Assembly: GCA_040901675.1 (NCBI GenBank)
Contig: JBBDYJ010000031.1
Location: 266,103-330,102, forward strand
DNA: 64,000 nt
Direction: 5' to 3'
Origin: Pirellulales bacterium
GTDB lineage: Bacteria; Planctomycetota; Planctomycetia; Pirellulales; JAICIG01
The notes under the pieces are model-generated. The model did not search any database, was not told where the DNA came from, and worked only from the letters and a program-made list of their open reading frames with translations. Both the position numbers and the translations under genes were made by a program. Numbering within the stretch: position 1 is the stretch's first letter; each line of letters opens with the position of its first letter. Below are positions 1 to 9,470 of this stretch, piece by piece.

Positions 1-854
1 GCAAGTTGGTCGTCTACGACACGGTCGACCCCTGGAAACAGCCCGACGACGGTCTGGTCCACACCACGCCGGAGGCGGTGCTGGCGTATTTCCGAAGCTT
101 TTTCAAGGACATGCCCTGCGACGGCGTCATTTTCGCCAACGGTGCCATGATGGCCGACCTGGGACACCTGGCGCCGTATCCGACGGCGATCTATCACCAC
201 GCGCGGCCTGGGCTGCGGCCGGCCGTGGTGCGGCCCACCGCGCGCGTGTTGGGCTACGAGGGGGATGAGCGGTACCTGGGCGAGTGGAGCGAGGCCTGCC
301 GGCGGGCCTGCCGGCGGCATGGGCTTCAGTTCGTGGTGAATCCCTCCTCCTTCTACGACCTGGATATCGGCCTGACGGCGCGAGGCGGCCCGCACGCATC
401 GCTGATGGCCCGGCGCTACAAATCCAACGTGAAGCTGGCGAACCTGCTGGCGGCCGGCATCCCCTGCCTGGCTCATTGGGAGGAGCAGTCGATCTGGGAA
501 ACGACCAACGGCCGTGTCTGCTTCTTCAGCAACGAAGCCCAGCTCGAGGCGGGAATCGAGTCGCTGCTGGACTTCGACACGCGGCGCGCGATCCACGAGT
601 CGTTCGTGTTGCACAGCCGGCAGTTCACGCTTGACCAGATCGCCCGCTTGTATGAGGCCTATTTCGCCGCGCTAGCTGCGGCGGCCGGCGAACGCGGCAG
701 CGCGGAAGGCCTCAAGGGGACGACGAGTTGGAGCCAGAACGGACGGGAGGCTGTTTTCGGCGCCGCGCGGATGCTTCCTGGGGCTGCCGGCTTCCATGAT
801 CCAGGTGGGCCGCATCGATCCTTCGCGCCGGGCTCCCAGGCGATGCGGTCGTAA
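1..854 (+). CDS. Glycosyltransferase-like protein (GT-B/GT4-like), probably 5'-truncated by the window edge
   Basis: ORF starts at the window edge; 'YKSNVKLANLLAAGIP' and 'FTLDQIARLYEAYF' resemble a GT-B C-terminal domain; neighbours are glycosylation genes. Confidence 0.6.
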   Translation, partial: KLVVYDTVDPWKQPDDGLVHTTPEAVLAYFRSFFKDMPCDGVIFANGAMMADLGHLAPYPTAIYHHARPGLRPAVVRPTARVLGYEGDERYLGEWSEACRRACRRHGLQFVVNPSSFYDLDIGLTARGGPHASLMARRYKSNVKLANLLAAGIPCLAHWEEQSIWETTNGRVCFFSNEAQLEAGIESLLDFDTRRAIHESFVLHSRQFTLDQIARLYEAYFAALAAAAGERGSAEGLKGTTSWSQNGREAVFGAARMLPGAAGFHDPGGPHRSFAPGSQAMRS

Positions 855-1668
855 AGCGCGCCGGCTGTGGCGGGCGGAGCCCCCATTTCCAGAGCCATCG
901 CCCGTAGGAGCAGAGGTGCTGCCAGGCATCCTTGGAAAGAAGCCGCCGGCTGGCCCGCTGCTCGTGGTGGAAGCAGTGGGTGCTGCCGTTGAACATCACC
1001 TTCCAGCCCGCCTGGGCCATCCGGGCGCAGAAGTCGACGTCCTCGAAGTATTTCTGGAACCGGCGGTCGAAGCCGCCGACTTCCTGAATCGCAGCCCGGC
1101 GTACGAGCATGAAGCAGCCCGATACCCACTCGCAATCGAAGGTCTCGTTCAGCCCGCGCTCGCGGTAGAAATAGTCGTCGAGCCCACTGGGGAAGAGCTT
1201 GCCCAGCCCCGACCTCCGCAGCGCGATGATTCGCGGTGTTTGAAACCGCCGCGCCGGATACGCGTAGCTGCCGTCGGGGTGGTAGATGCGGCAGGTGCCG
1301 ACCCCGCAGTGTGGATGGGATTCCATGAACCGCACCATGCTCGACAGGCACTGCGATTCGGGCTCGAAATACATGTCGGTATTCATCAACAGCACGTAGC
1401 GGGCCGTGCACGCCGACAAGATGCGATTCAGATTAGCCGTGTACCCCAGCCGCTCGCGGTTGGCCAGCACAAGGGTCTCGGGAAAAATGCGCCGCCACGG
1501 CTGGGCGCCATCGGCCGAAGCGTTGTCGACCAGCACCAGCCGCATCGAGAGGCCGTCGCCTGACCGCGACATCGAGTTCAAAAGCGGCCCCATGTAATGC
1601 CGCTCGTGCGTGTAGACCACGCCGATATCGAGGTCGTGCGGCGCGCTGACTTCCGTCGATGGATACAT
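712..1668 (-). CDS. Glycosyltransferase family 2
   Basis: VLVDNASADG, N-x-GY..N.N, LLMNTD, WVSGCFMLVRR, GGFD..F..YFEDVDFC. Confidence 0.92.
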   Translation of the reverse strand: MYPSTEVSAPHDLDIGVVYTHERHYMGPLLNSMSRSGDGLSMRLVLVDNASADGAQPWRRIFPETLVLANRERLGYTANLNRILSACTARYVLLMNTDMYFEPESQCLSSMVRFMESHPHCGVGTCRIYHPDGSYAYPARRFQTPRIIALRRSGLGKLFPSGLDDYFYRERGLNETFDCEWVSGCFMLVRRAAIQEVGGFDRRFQKYFEDVDFCARMAQAGWKVMFNGSTHCFHHEQRASRRLLSKDAWQHLCSYGRWLWKWGLRPPQPARFTTASPGSPARRIDAAHLDHGSRQPQEASARRRKQPPVRSGSNSSSP

Positions 1669-1871
1669 CTCAGGCCGCCTTCCTTGGCAAACCTTGCCCT
1701 CCGTCCGGCGAGCGGCCCCATCATGATCGAACGCACGTCGGGTCGGCTCGGTTGGCTCGCCCGGCGGTTGCCCGGCCGCCGGCCGCGAAGATTACCATGC
1801 CCCTGCCCAGGCGGCCAAGCCGAGTTTCGGAATTGACCGATTTGGCGTTTCTCGTTTCAATACGCCCCCTT

Positions 1872-3647
1872 ATGAATCCCGTCACCGAACCGACGGCCGG
1901 AGCAATCGACCCGCGCGGCCGGCTCGCCGCCACTGCGCCTTTCGGCGGGCCTCCGGCGGCCGATTTTCCCTGCCATCTCGACGCGCCTCGACCGTTGCGT
2001 CCCATGCTGCCCCCCGCCGGGCGGCTGCTGGCGCTGCTGGTCGTCTTGTGCCTGGTCCCGCGCGCCTTGATGGCATACAAGCTCGACGTGCTCTGCCGCG
2101 ACGGGGTCTTTTACATCCAGCTCGCCGAAGCATTCGCTGCGGGTGACCTCGAAGGCGGACTCGATGGGATGCGGCTCAATCTGTACCCCTTGATTCTGCT
2201 CGAATTGCACCGAGCCGGCCTCGATTGGGAACTCGGCGGGAAATGCTGGGGGGTGCTCGTTTCTTCCTTGGTGGTCTTGCCCCTTTTCGGCTGGTTGCGG
2301 CGGCAGTTCGACCAGTCCGTGGCCCTGGCCGCTTGTTTGCTCTACGCGGTCCACCCCAAGCTGATCGAATGGAGCCCCGAACTGATCCGCGACTCCACAT
2401 TCTGGTTGTTCTGGACCCTCGCGTTGTACTGCTCCTGGCGAGCGACGACCGAAGTGCGGATCCGCTGGTACGTGGCCGCCGGGACTGCAATCACCCTGGC
2501 ATTGCACACCCGTTTCGAAGGCTGGTTTCTGCTCTTTCCCCTCGTCTGGTGGTCCGCCATGCGCTGGAGGGTGCTCATCGAAGACCGCCGCCGCGTCCTG
2601 CCGGGGCTGTTGTTGGCCGCATTGACCTACCCCCTGTTCCTGCTGGCAGTGAACCTGACCTGGCTGGCTGAGTATCCTCGTTGGGAGCTAGGCAGTTTCG
2701 TGCGGCTCCAGTATGTGATGCTCTGGTGCCGTTCCGCTGCCGGACTACCCCCGGCTTCGGTCGAACCGGCACCGCCCGCAACCGCAACGCCCGCCGCGGC
2801 GGCCGCGCCCACACCTTCCGGGCCGGCCATGCCCGCGCCGCCACCCCAGCCGGCGCCGCAGCGCATGTCGCCGGGCCGCACGCTAGTCGTCTTTGCCAAT
2901 ACCATGCGACGCAGCATGGGCGCCGTTTTTGGCATCGTCTGGCTGATCGGCATGTGGGGTTGGCGTCCTATCTGGCTGCGCCGCGAACATAGGCCGCTGA
3001 CTGCCATGGTGATCTGCACTCTGGCCGGCATCTGGATCCACCTCTGGTACGCCCAAGCCACCAGCAGCCGCTATGCGCTGACGATTGTGCTGTTGGGTAG
3101 TCACTGCGCGGCGCTCGGCTGGCTGGGGGTTTGCCATTGGCTGGCGCGCCTTGCCCACAAGCTGGGAGAATCCTGGCCGCGGCCGCCCGGCCTCCAATCC
3201 GCCCACCTGCTCGCCGTCACGATGGTGCTGTTCGGCGCGATCGGTCTGGGTACGGCCCTGGCCGGCAGCTACGAAGGCCGCAGGCGCGAGGCGGAGCTGG
3301 GCAAGTGGCTGCTGGCGAATTTCGGTCCCGGTCAAAGGGTCGTGACCTCCAGCCAGATGTCGCTTTTGGAGCACTACGCCCAGAGCCCGGCGGACGCTTT
3401 GCCGCCGCATGCCGGCCGCGAGTGGTCCGGCCGGGCCTTGGTGGCGTGCCAGCCGGAAATCGCGGTCTTCTCACGCCGCGAGGTTCAAAGCGACGTTCTG
3501 GAACATTTGCTGGACGAGGCGGCGCGCATCGGAATGAAACAAGTCGACCGGCGGCGCCTGCCGGTCAGCTACGATTGGCAAGATTTGATTGTGCTCCAGC
3601 GCGACCGCACGGCGATTCACACCGCCGCCCGACCGCCGGCTGGCTGA
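1872..3647 (+). CDS. GT-C/ArnT (family 39-like) integral membrane glycosyltransferase
   Basis: Multi-TM protein with 'DGVFYIQLA', 'LIRDSTFW' and 'HTRFEG'; start uncertain (1872 or 2004). Confidence 0.7.
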   Translation: MNPVTEPTAGAIDPRGRLAATAPFGGPPAADFPCHLDAPRPLRPMLPPAGRLLALLVVLCLVPRALMAYKLDVLCRDGVFYIQLAEAFAAGDLEGGLDGMRLNLYPLILLELHRAGLDWELGGKCWGVLVSSLVVLPLFGWLRRQFDQSVALAACLLYAVHPKLIEWSPELIRDSTFWLFWTLALYCSWRATTEVRIRWYVAAGTAITLALHTRFEGWFLLFPLVWWSAMRWRVLIEDRRRVLPGLLLAALTYPLFLLAVNLTWLAEYPRWELGSFVRLQYVMLWCRSAAGLPPASVEPAPPATATPAAAAAPTPSGPAMPAPPPQPAPQRMSPGRTLVVFANTMRRSMGAVFGIVWLIGMWGWRPIWLRREHRPLTAMVICTLAGIWIHLWYAQATSSRYALTIVLLGSHCAALGWLGVCHWLARLAHKLGESWPRPPGLQSAHLLAVTMVLFGAIGLGTALAGSYEGRRREAELGKWLLANFGPGQRVVTSSQMSLLEHYAQSPADALPPHAGREWSGRALVACQPEIAVFSRREVQSDVLEHLLDEAARIGMKQVDRRRLPVSYDWQDLIVLQRDRTAIHTAARPPAG

Positions 3648-3681
3648 AAGACTGCTCTCGCACGACCGGAAACGTCGGCCG

Positions 3682-5262
3682 ATGACATCTCTTGCCGCTG
3701 CCTTCGCTGTTTCGCTCTCGGCCAGCCTGCTGCTGACACCTTGGGCCCGCCGGCTCGCCTGGCGGATCCGCGCCTTCGACCATGGCGATGGACAACGCAA
3801 GCTCCATCCGGAGCCCGTGCCGCTCTTGGGCGGACTGGCTTTATACGTAGCGCTGCTGGCAGCCACGCTGGTGATTCCGGCGGCTGGCCTTGCCGCGGGC
3901 ATCGAGTGGCCCCTGACCATCGCCCTGCTCTGTTCGGCGGGTGCCATCTGCCTGGTCGGCTGCCTCGACGACTTCGCCGGTCTGCGCGTCCGCTGGAAGC
4001 TGCTGGGCCAGGTGATGGCCACGCTCCCGCTTGTGCTGGCGGGCTTTGCGGTCGAGCGGGTTGACGTGGGCGGACTCTCGCTCGATCTGGGCTGGCTGAG
4101 CGTGCCGCTGACCATCGGCTGGCTGGTGACTGGTGCCAATGCCCTCAACTTCCTGGACGGCATGGATGCTTTGGCCTCCGTCGTCGGGCTGGTGATTGCC
4201 GGCGCCGTGGCTGTCATGGCCAGCGCGCTCGGCCATCCGGAAGCCGCCCTGCTGGCGCTCATCCTGGCCGGAGGGCTGGCCGGGTTCTTGTTCTACAACT
4301 GGCAGCCGGCCACGATCTATCTCGGAGACGCCGGCAGCATGCTGATCGGCCTCTGGCTGTCGTTGCTGGCGATCGAGGGCTCGCAAGTCCCCGGTGGCGG
4401 TACGCCCCTTCTCGCTCCCTTGGCTCTGATGAGCCTGCCGATTGCCGACATGGGACTGGCGATTGTCCGGCGGACGCTCGCCGGCAAGCGTTTCTGGATT
4501 GCTGACCGGGCCCACGTCCACCACCGCCTGCTCGACCGCGGCTTCGGAGTCGGGCTGACAATCGCCTTGCTCGCCGGCACCTGTCTCCTTGCCGGCGGTG
4601 CCGCCTATGCCGGCACGGTTGCCGGGTACGAGCTGGCATCCTGGTGCGGCATCGTGCTCTTATTCGCTTGCCTGATCCGGCTGCGGCTGTTTGGCGACCA
4701 GGAGCTGGCCCTGGCCACGCAGGCCATTGCCATGGCTTCGTTGCGCATCGTGGCACGGCTGTCGGGCGGTCGCTTCGCGCGCGACCTCCCCTCGTCCGTG
4801 GAGTTGGATCGGCTGTCCCCTGAAGACGCTTGGGCAAGCTTCGTGACCGAACTAGGCCTGCACCGGGTCGAACGTCTGGAGATCACGCTCGGGTCCGGCC
4901 ATGAAGTCGACTGGCGTGCCCGCTGGGGCCTCGAACCGTCCGCCTCAGCAGCCCGGCAGCGCCGAGGCCCAAGCGTTGCCTCCTCTCTCCCGCGCGCCAT
5001 ACGCTCTCCGCCGCCCAGGCACCACACCGCGCTCACGACACCCTGGACTCTCAAGGTGCGCTTCGATGCGCCGGGTGGCGGCTGGTGCGGACTGCGCGCA
5101 CGGGTCCGCCAGGGGCCTGCCACCCATCCGCTCAATTGGCTTTCGCTGTTGGACCTGCTAGCCTTGTTCGGGCGGCACTGGGCCGCACATCCCGAGCGGG
5201 CGCCCCGCCGGCAGCCGCACCTGGAACTGCCCGGGCGGCAAGGCATGCGTGAGGCCGCCTGA
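3682..5262 (+). CDS. MraY/WecA/TagO-family undecaprenyl-phosphate sugar-1-phosphate transferase with C-terminal extension
   Basis: RKLH..PVPLLGG, GCLDD, NALNFLDGMD, YNWQPATIYLGDAGS, ADRAHVHHRL. Confidence 0.9.
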   Translation: MTSLAAAFAVSLSASLLLTPWARRLAWRIRAFDHGDGQRKLHPEPVPLLGGLALYVALLAATLVIPAAGLAAGIEWPLTIALLCSAGAICLVGCLDDFAGLRVRWKLLGQVMATLPLVLAGFAVERVDVGGLSLDLGWLSVPLTIGWLVTGANALNFLDGMDALASVVGLVIAGAVAVMASALGHPEAALLALILAGGLAGFLFYNWQPATIYLGDAGSMLIGLWLSLLAIEGSQVPGGGTPLLAPLALMSLPIADMGLAIVRRTLAGKRFWIADRAHVHHRLLDRGFGVGLTIALLAGTCLLAGGAAYAGTVAGYELASWCGIVLLFACLIRLRLFGDQELALATQAIAMASLRIVARLSGGRFARDLPSSVELDRLSPEDAWASFVTELGLHRVERLEITLGSGHEVDWRARWGLEPSASAARQRRGPSVASSLPRAIRSPPPRHHTALTTPWTLKVRFDAPGGGWCGLRARVRQGPATHPLNWLSLLDLLALFGRHWAAHPERAPRRQPHLELPGRQGMREAA

Positions 5263-5310
5263 GCTCCAAAGTTCAAATCGGAAGTCCGAAAAATCCGAAA
5301 ATTCAGAATC

Positions 5311-5691
5311 GTGTTGGCGGTCTACTGGCCGCTGCTGCTGATTGCCACGCATTGGCCGCGCGTCGACCTGCCTCTGCAATCTCGCACGTTGCACCTCGAT
5401 AAGCTGGTTCACTTCTCGGCCTACCTGGTCCTCGCCGCACTCGTGGCACTCAGCCTGCCAGGCCGGCCGCTCGCCGCCACGCGCCGCGTCTGGACCACCA
5501 TGCTCGCGCTCTTGGCGCTGGTGTCGGCCGCCGCCCTGCTGGACGAGTGGACCCAGCCCTGGACGGGCCGCGAGTTCGAGTGGTTCGACTGGCTGGCCGA
5601 CACTGCGGGCGCCGCTTGCGGCCTGCTGCTCGCCGCAGCAAGAACAGGAAAGGGGGAAGGGGCGAGCGGGGGAAGGGGCGGACGACGATGA
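5311..5691 (+). CDS. VanZ family membrane protein
   Basis: DKLVHFSAY, DEWTQPWTGR, DWLADTAG. Confidence 0.85.
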   Translation: MLAVYWPLLLIATHWPRVDLPLQSRTLHLDKLVHFSAYLVLAALVALSLPGRPLAATRRVWTTMLALLALVSAAALLDEWTQPWTGREFEWFDWLADTAGAACGLLLAAARTGKGEGASGGRGGRR

Positions 5692-5764
5692 GGCGATGAG
5701 GCGAAGGGGCGATGAGGAGAACGAGGACGACGAGGCAGTGCCTTTGCTCTTTGATCTTCCCCTC

Positions 5765-5810
5765 AACCAAGCACCAAGATCCAAGTCCTAAGATCCAAGT
5801 CCCAAGATCT
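5765..5810. repeat. Heptamer short tandem repeat (CCAAG-xx); contains the stop codon of the CbiM-like gene
   Basis: ccaagca ccaagat ccaagtc ctaagat ccaagtc ccaagat. Confidence 0.8.
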
Positions 5811-6762
5811 CTTCTCCTTGCCCTTGCTTGTCCTGGGGTCTCGCTTTCGCCGCTCCTCGCCCCACCAGCCAGGCCAGGCCGAACACGCTCATCACGCCGG
5901 CAATTCCGGCCAGCGACGTCGCCAGCCACGCATTGCCCAGGCCAGGCATCCGGTAATCGGGCATGGGCACGGCCGGCGGAGCCACCTCGGCCTGCTCAAA
6001 ACCCAGCCGGGCCGCCACTGCCTCCAACCCATCGGGAGCCGCTGATGCCAACGGAGACAGGCAAAACGCCACCAGCAATGCCGCCGCGATGGCGCCGGCG
6101 ACCAGCGGCCTGAGTTGCCGGACACCAAGACGCATCTCCGAGGCGTACAGCATCTCGGGGCGCACTTTCAGCAGGAACGCCACCACCGTGCCGGTGATCC
6201 AGGCCTCGCCCACGCCGATCAGGCTATGGATGGCGGTCATGGCTGCAAAAACCAGCGACAACGGCGCGATGCCCGAGGCGGCCAGCTCCACGGAACACAT
6301 CGCGGCCGACATCACCACCGAGCTCCAGGCGGCCCCGACTGCCCCGGCCACCCGCCCGGCCGGCCCCGCAATCAACTGCCTTACCAACGTGTTGACGAGA
6401 TGCGCCGACAGGCAGCCGGCGATGGCCATGTTCAATATGTTGGCCCCCAGGGCCGTCAGCCCGCCGTCGTAAAACAACAAGCACTGCGCGATCACGACCA
6501 CCGTCATGGCCAGCATGGCGGCCCACGGCCCCAGCACCACGGTGGCCAGGGCCGCACCCATCAGGTGTCCGGATGTACCCGGCAGCACGGGAAAATTGAC
6601 CATTTGTGCCGCGAACACGCCGGCGCTCATCACGCCCATCAAGGGCACCAGGCGCTCGCCGTCGCTTTGACGGACGCGGCGCAACGCGACCGCCACGCCC
6701 GCGGATGCAGCCAGTCCCGTGCCGATCGCGGTGGCGGGGCTCAACACATCGGCGATATGCAT
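5788..6762 (-). CDS. cbiM: ECF Co/Ni transporter S component CbiM/NikMN with PDGLE domain
   Basis: N-terminal MHIAD, FAAQMVNFP..GTSGH, DGGLTALGAN, C-terminal PDGLE and PMPDY. Confidence 0.9.
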   Translation of the reverse strand: MHIADVLSPATAIGTGLAASAGVAVALRRVRQSDGERLVPLMGVMSAGVFAAQMVNFPVLPGTSGHLMGAALATVVLGPWAAMLAMTVVVIAQCLLFYDGGLTALGANILNMAIAGCLSAHLVNTLVRQLIAGPAGRVAGAVGAAWSSVVMSAAMCSVELAASGIAPLSLVFAAMTAIHSLIGVGEAWITGTVVAFLLKVRPEMLYASEMRLGVRQLRPLVAGAIAAALLVAFCLSPLASAAPDGLEAVAARLGFEQAEVAPPAVPMPDYRMPGLGNAWLATSLAGIAGVMSVFGLAWLVGRGAAKARPQDKQGQGEEILGLGS

Positions 6763-6844
6763 CCGGCTCTGCTCCGCGGATTACTGGCTTAAGCGGCAGT
6801 GGTGAACCCGTACTGTTACCACCCAGGGCCGTTTTTGGCAACCG

Positions 6845-7010
6845 CGTGGCCCCGCCGTAGCCGGATTCGCCAGAATTCGGGGCGTGGCCCGCCATTCGTC
6901 GTAGCCGGAGAGCGCCAGAATTCGGGCCGTGGCCCGCCATTCGTCGTAGCCGGATTCGCCAGAATTCGGGCCGTGGCCCGCTGCACCAGAACTTTGGCAA
7001 GTTCTGCTAC
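6845..7010. repeat. REP-like tandem repeat (three ~38-45 bp units with core gtagccggattcgccagaattcgg) followed by a hairpin
   Basis: Units start near 6845, 6883 and 6928; hairpin agaactt-tggc-aagttct near 6988-7005; an inverted copy of the core lies at ~27266-27288. Confidence 0.85.
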
Positions 7011-7022
7011 CAAAAATCCGCT

Positions 7023-7256
7023 TCACACCCGGTCTCGGGCCCCTTGCACTCCTGCATGGCTGGCGCAGTGGGCGCAACAGAACATCGCGCCGTCTGCCTC
7101 GACCCCGTGGCCGACGATCTTGCAGCCGCAATGATCGCACTGGGGGGCCAAGGAGTGAATAGCGCATTCGAAGCTGTCGAACACGTGCGACTCGCCGTCC
7201 TTGAGCACTTCGAAGGCCTTGTCGTAGTCGTTACCGCATGTTTCGCAGCGTGCCAT
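7023..7256 (-). CDS. Small Cys/His-rich metal-binding protein (metallothionein/TRASH-like)
   Basis: 77 aa with CETC, FDSFEC, CDHCGC and FCCAHC; strong RBS (aaaggaga) upstream on the minus strand. Confidence 0.85.
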   Translation of the reverse strand: MARCETCGNDYDKAFEVLKDGESHVFDSFECAIHSLAPQCDHCGCKIVGHGVEADGAMFCCAHCASHAGVQGARDRV

Positions 7257-7435
7257 GACTCGCGTCTCCTTTCATTTCTGACCGAATCGACTTGGAAAAC
7301 CACCCGCGGACCTCCGCTTTCTGGACCAAACCAGCGCGCGGCAACCCGCTAACACCGCCGCAAATTGCGTGCCCGCCGAGCGATACCGGCCTCAAAGGAG
7401 TGCTGCCGCGTTCCCAGCCAGCCCGTTTACCGCAT

Positions 7436-8596
7436 TCAGGCTGACAGCCGCTGCTCCAGCGACGAGTTGGGCTCGAACACCTGGTAGTAGCGGCCCAAAG
7501 GGTTTGGCTTCAGAACCCGAACAGTCCCCTGGAGATCGACCAACTCCAGTCGGCCGTCGCGAACGCGGGGCCGCTGATCGGCAAGCCGGTCGATCACCAC
7601 GCCCAGGGGCGCCTGCAATGCCGCATCGAACTCGACCAGCATCTCTCGGTGCAGCGCGAATACGCTGGAGCCCAGTTCCAGCCGTCCCGGTCCAGCGGGA
7701 CAGGCCGGTGGTGCAAAGTGCTGGCACTCCTGCTCAATCAGTGGCTCGCATAAGCGTTCGTCCCGGCCGGTGGCATAGTCGTGCCGCACATTGTCGGTCC
7801 GCTGCCCCGTGATGTGGTCGATGGTCGCCAGCACGAATTCCCCTTCGTCGAACTCGACGAGTCGGCTCTGCCGGCAGCCGTCGCGCGACGCGTCGCCTAT
7901 CACCCCCGTGTGTACGAAGGTGCAGCCGCCGACACGGCTGGTCGAATCGCCGTAGCAGTGGCCGAGATGATTGTGGGCCGAGAACCACAGCTTGATCTGC
8001 GGGTTCTCCCGCACCAGGCCGATGAACCGTTCGGGTCGATCGGTGTGATTGATCCAGGCGTTGGGGCACTTGAGGTGCAGACTCTGCAAGACCCGCAGGC
8101 CGGAGCCGAGCACCGGCGCATGTGAGAACACGAACGTGGGCCGCGAGCGGTTCTGGGCCAGCGTGGCCCGCAGCCAGCCGACCTGGACGTCGTCCAGATA
8201 CACCTCGTGGCGGCAGCCCGGGTTGGAGCGGAACCGGGTAGTCGAGAGGCAAATGCCCACGGCCGCCCCCAGATCGACTGAGTAGTAAGGCTGCGCTCGC
8301 TCGAACGCCTGGCACCAGGCGGCCACCGCCTGGGCGTCGGTCGCATAATCGCAGCCTTCCAGGTCGTGGTTGCCGATCAGCGTGTGGAACGGCAAGTCGA
8401 AGTTGTCGAGGAAGTCGAGTCCTTCCATGAACGACCGCCAGGTGCCGCAATGGCTGTAGCCGCCCTCGTCTCCCAACTGGAGTATGGCATCCGGGGAGTG
8501 CTGGAGAATCTGCTGCCGGGCCCGGCAATAGAGGTCGTGCTGTTCGGGTTCGTAGTGCAGGTCGCCGATGACGGCGATCGCGGATTTTCTGGTCAT
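7436..8596 (-). CDS. Calcineurin-like metallophosphoesterase
   Basis: GDLH, LGDEG, GNHD, FSHAP and SAHNH motifs. Confidence 0.88.
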   Translation of the reverse strand: MTRKSAIAVIGDLHYEPEQHDLYCRARQQILQHSPDAILQLGDEGGYSHCGTWRSFMEGLDFLDNFDLPFHTLIGNHDLEGCDYATDAQAVAAWCQAFERAQPYYSVDLGAAVGICLSTTRFRSNPGCRHEVYLDDVQVGWLRATLAQNRSRPTFVFSHAPVLGSGLRVLQSLHLKCPNAWINHTDRPERFIGLVRENPQIKLWFSAHNHLGHCYGDSTSRVGGCTFVHTGVIGDASRDGCRQSRLVEFDEGEFVLATIDHITGQRTDNVRHDYATGRDERLCEPLIEQECQHFAPPACPAGPGRLELGSSVFALHREMLVEFDAALQAPLGVVIDRLADQRPRVRDGRLELVDLQGTVRVLKPNPLGRYYQVFEPNSSLEQRLSA

Positions 8597-8895
8597 CTTG
8601 CCCTGTTCCGATTGCTTTGACGAACGGCGAATCGCCGCCTGCCATGTAAAACTTTAGCTTTGGGATTTCGCAGGCGGCGGTGCCCGCCGGAATAGGGCAT
8701 TTTAGCGACACAGAGCGAGCGGCGGGAGCCGGAAGCAGGCTTGCGCGTTTCAGATTCGATCTTTCTGCCTCTAGCCGTCTCTCCTCATCGCCCCACCGAC
8801 CGGGTGGCTGACGGCAAAGCGGACTTCGGACTTCGGCGAGCTCAGTCGAGTCGCGAACTCAGTCGAGTCGTCGCGCGCCCCAGTTCCTACTTCGG

Positions 8896-9287
8896 TCATG
8901 ACGATCCCCCTCGCAGAAAGCCGCGGCCCACTAGCTATTCGATCGATTCCACTAACTATTCGATTCCTCCGACGCCGGTCGACCACCCGTCACTTATCAC
9001 GTGTTTCCGCGCGCCACTCCGGCAGCCGGATTGGCGGAAGGGTCTTTTCCAACTCGGGACGATAGTGTTCCAGTCCGTGGCAGCATCAGCCGCGTGCCGA
9101 GCTGGTTGGCCGCCTCGTCGGCCGTGAAGCCAGGATTATCGGTCGCGATCTCGAACAGCACGCCGCCGGGCTCGCGGAAATAGATCGAGCGAAAATACTT
9201 GCGGTCCATCGCCGGCGAGACGTTGTAGCCCAGCGCGACGAGCTCCCTTCGCCAGGCCGGCTGCTCGTCATCCGGCGTGCGGAACGC
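8896..9287 (-). pseudogene. Diverged duplicate of 17435-17835 (3' end of the ring-cleaving dioxygenase plus downstream leader)
   Basis: Encodes [54 protein letters not shown]; collinear DNA match to 17435-17835. Confidence 0.85.
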
Positions 9288-9302
9288 TGGCCGCGGATGA
9301 CG

Positions 9303-9470
9303 GGCGGCCGGACCGTGAGCCACACGTCGCGGATGCGATGTTCGCGGCCGGGAAGGGCCGCCTCGCCGATGCGCACGAGCAACGCCGCGCCGGCACTTCG
9401 CCCCACGATGCGGATGGGACCCGAAAAAGCTTCCGCGCCGCCGGTGAGCGTGGCTTGACCGCCTTGGCTG
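9303..9470 (-). pseudogene. Duplicate fragment of the 3' end of the PPC-domain gene (19646-19814)
   Basis: Near-identical DNA encoding [44 protein letters not shown], with a 1-bp deletion. Confidence 0.88.

Noticed and set aside
6763..6845. Cobalamin or NiCo riboswitch upstream of cbiM
   Set aside because: The region is too short and has no recognisable B12-box or four-way-junction consensus.
6845..6981. Possible CRISPR array
   Set aside because: The intervening sequences are identical rather than unique spacers, there are only three units, and no cas genes are present.
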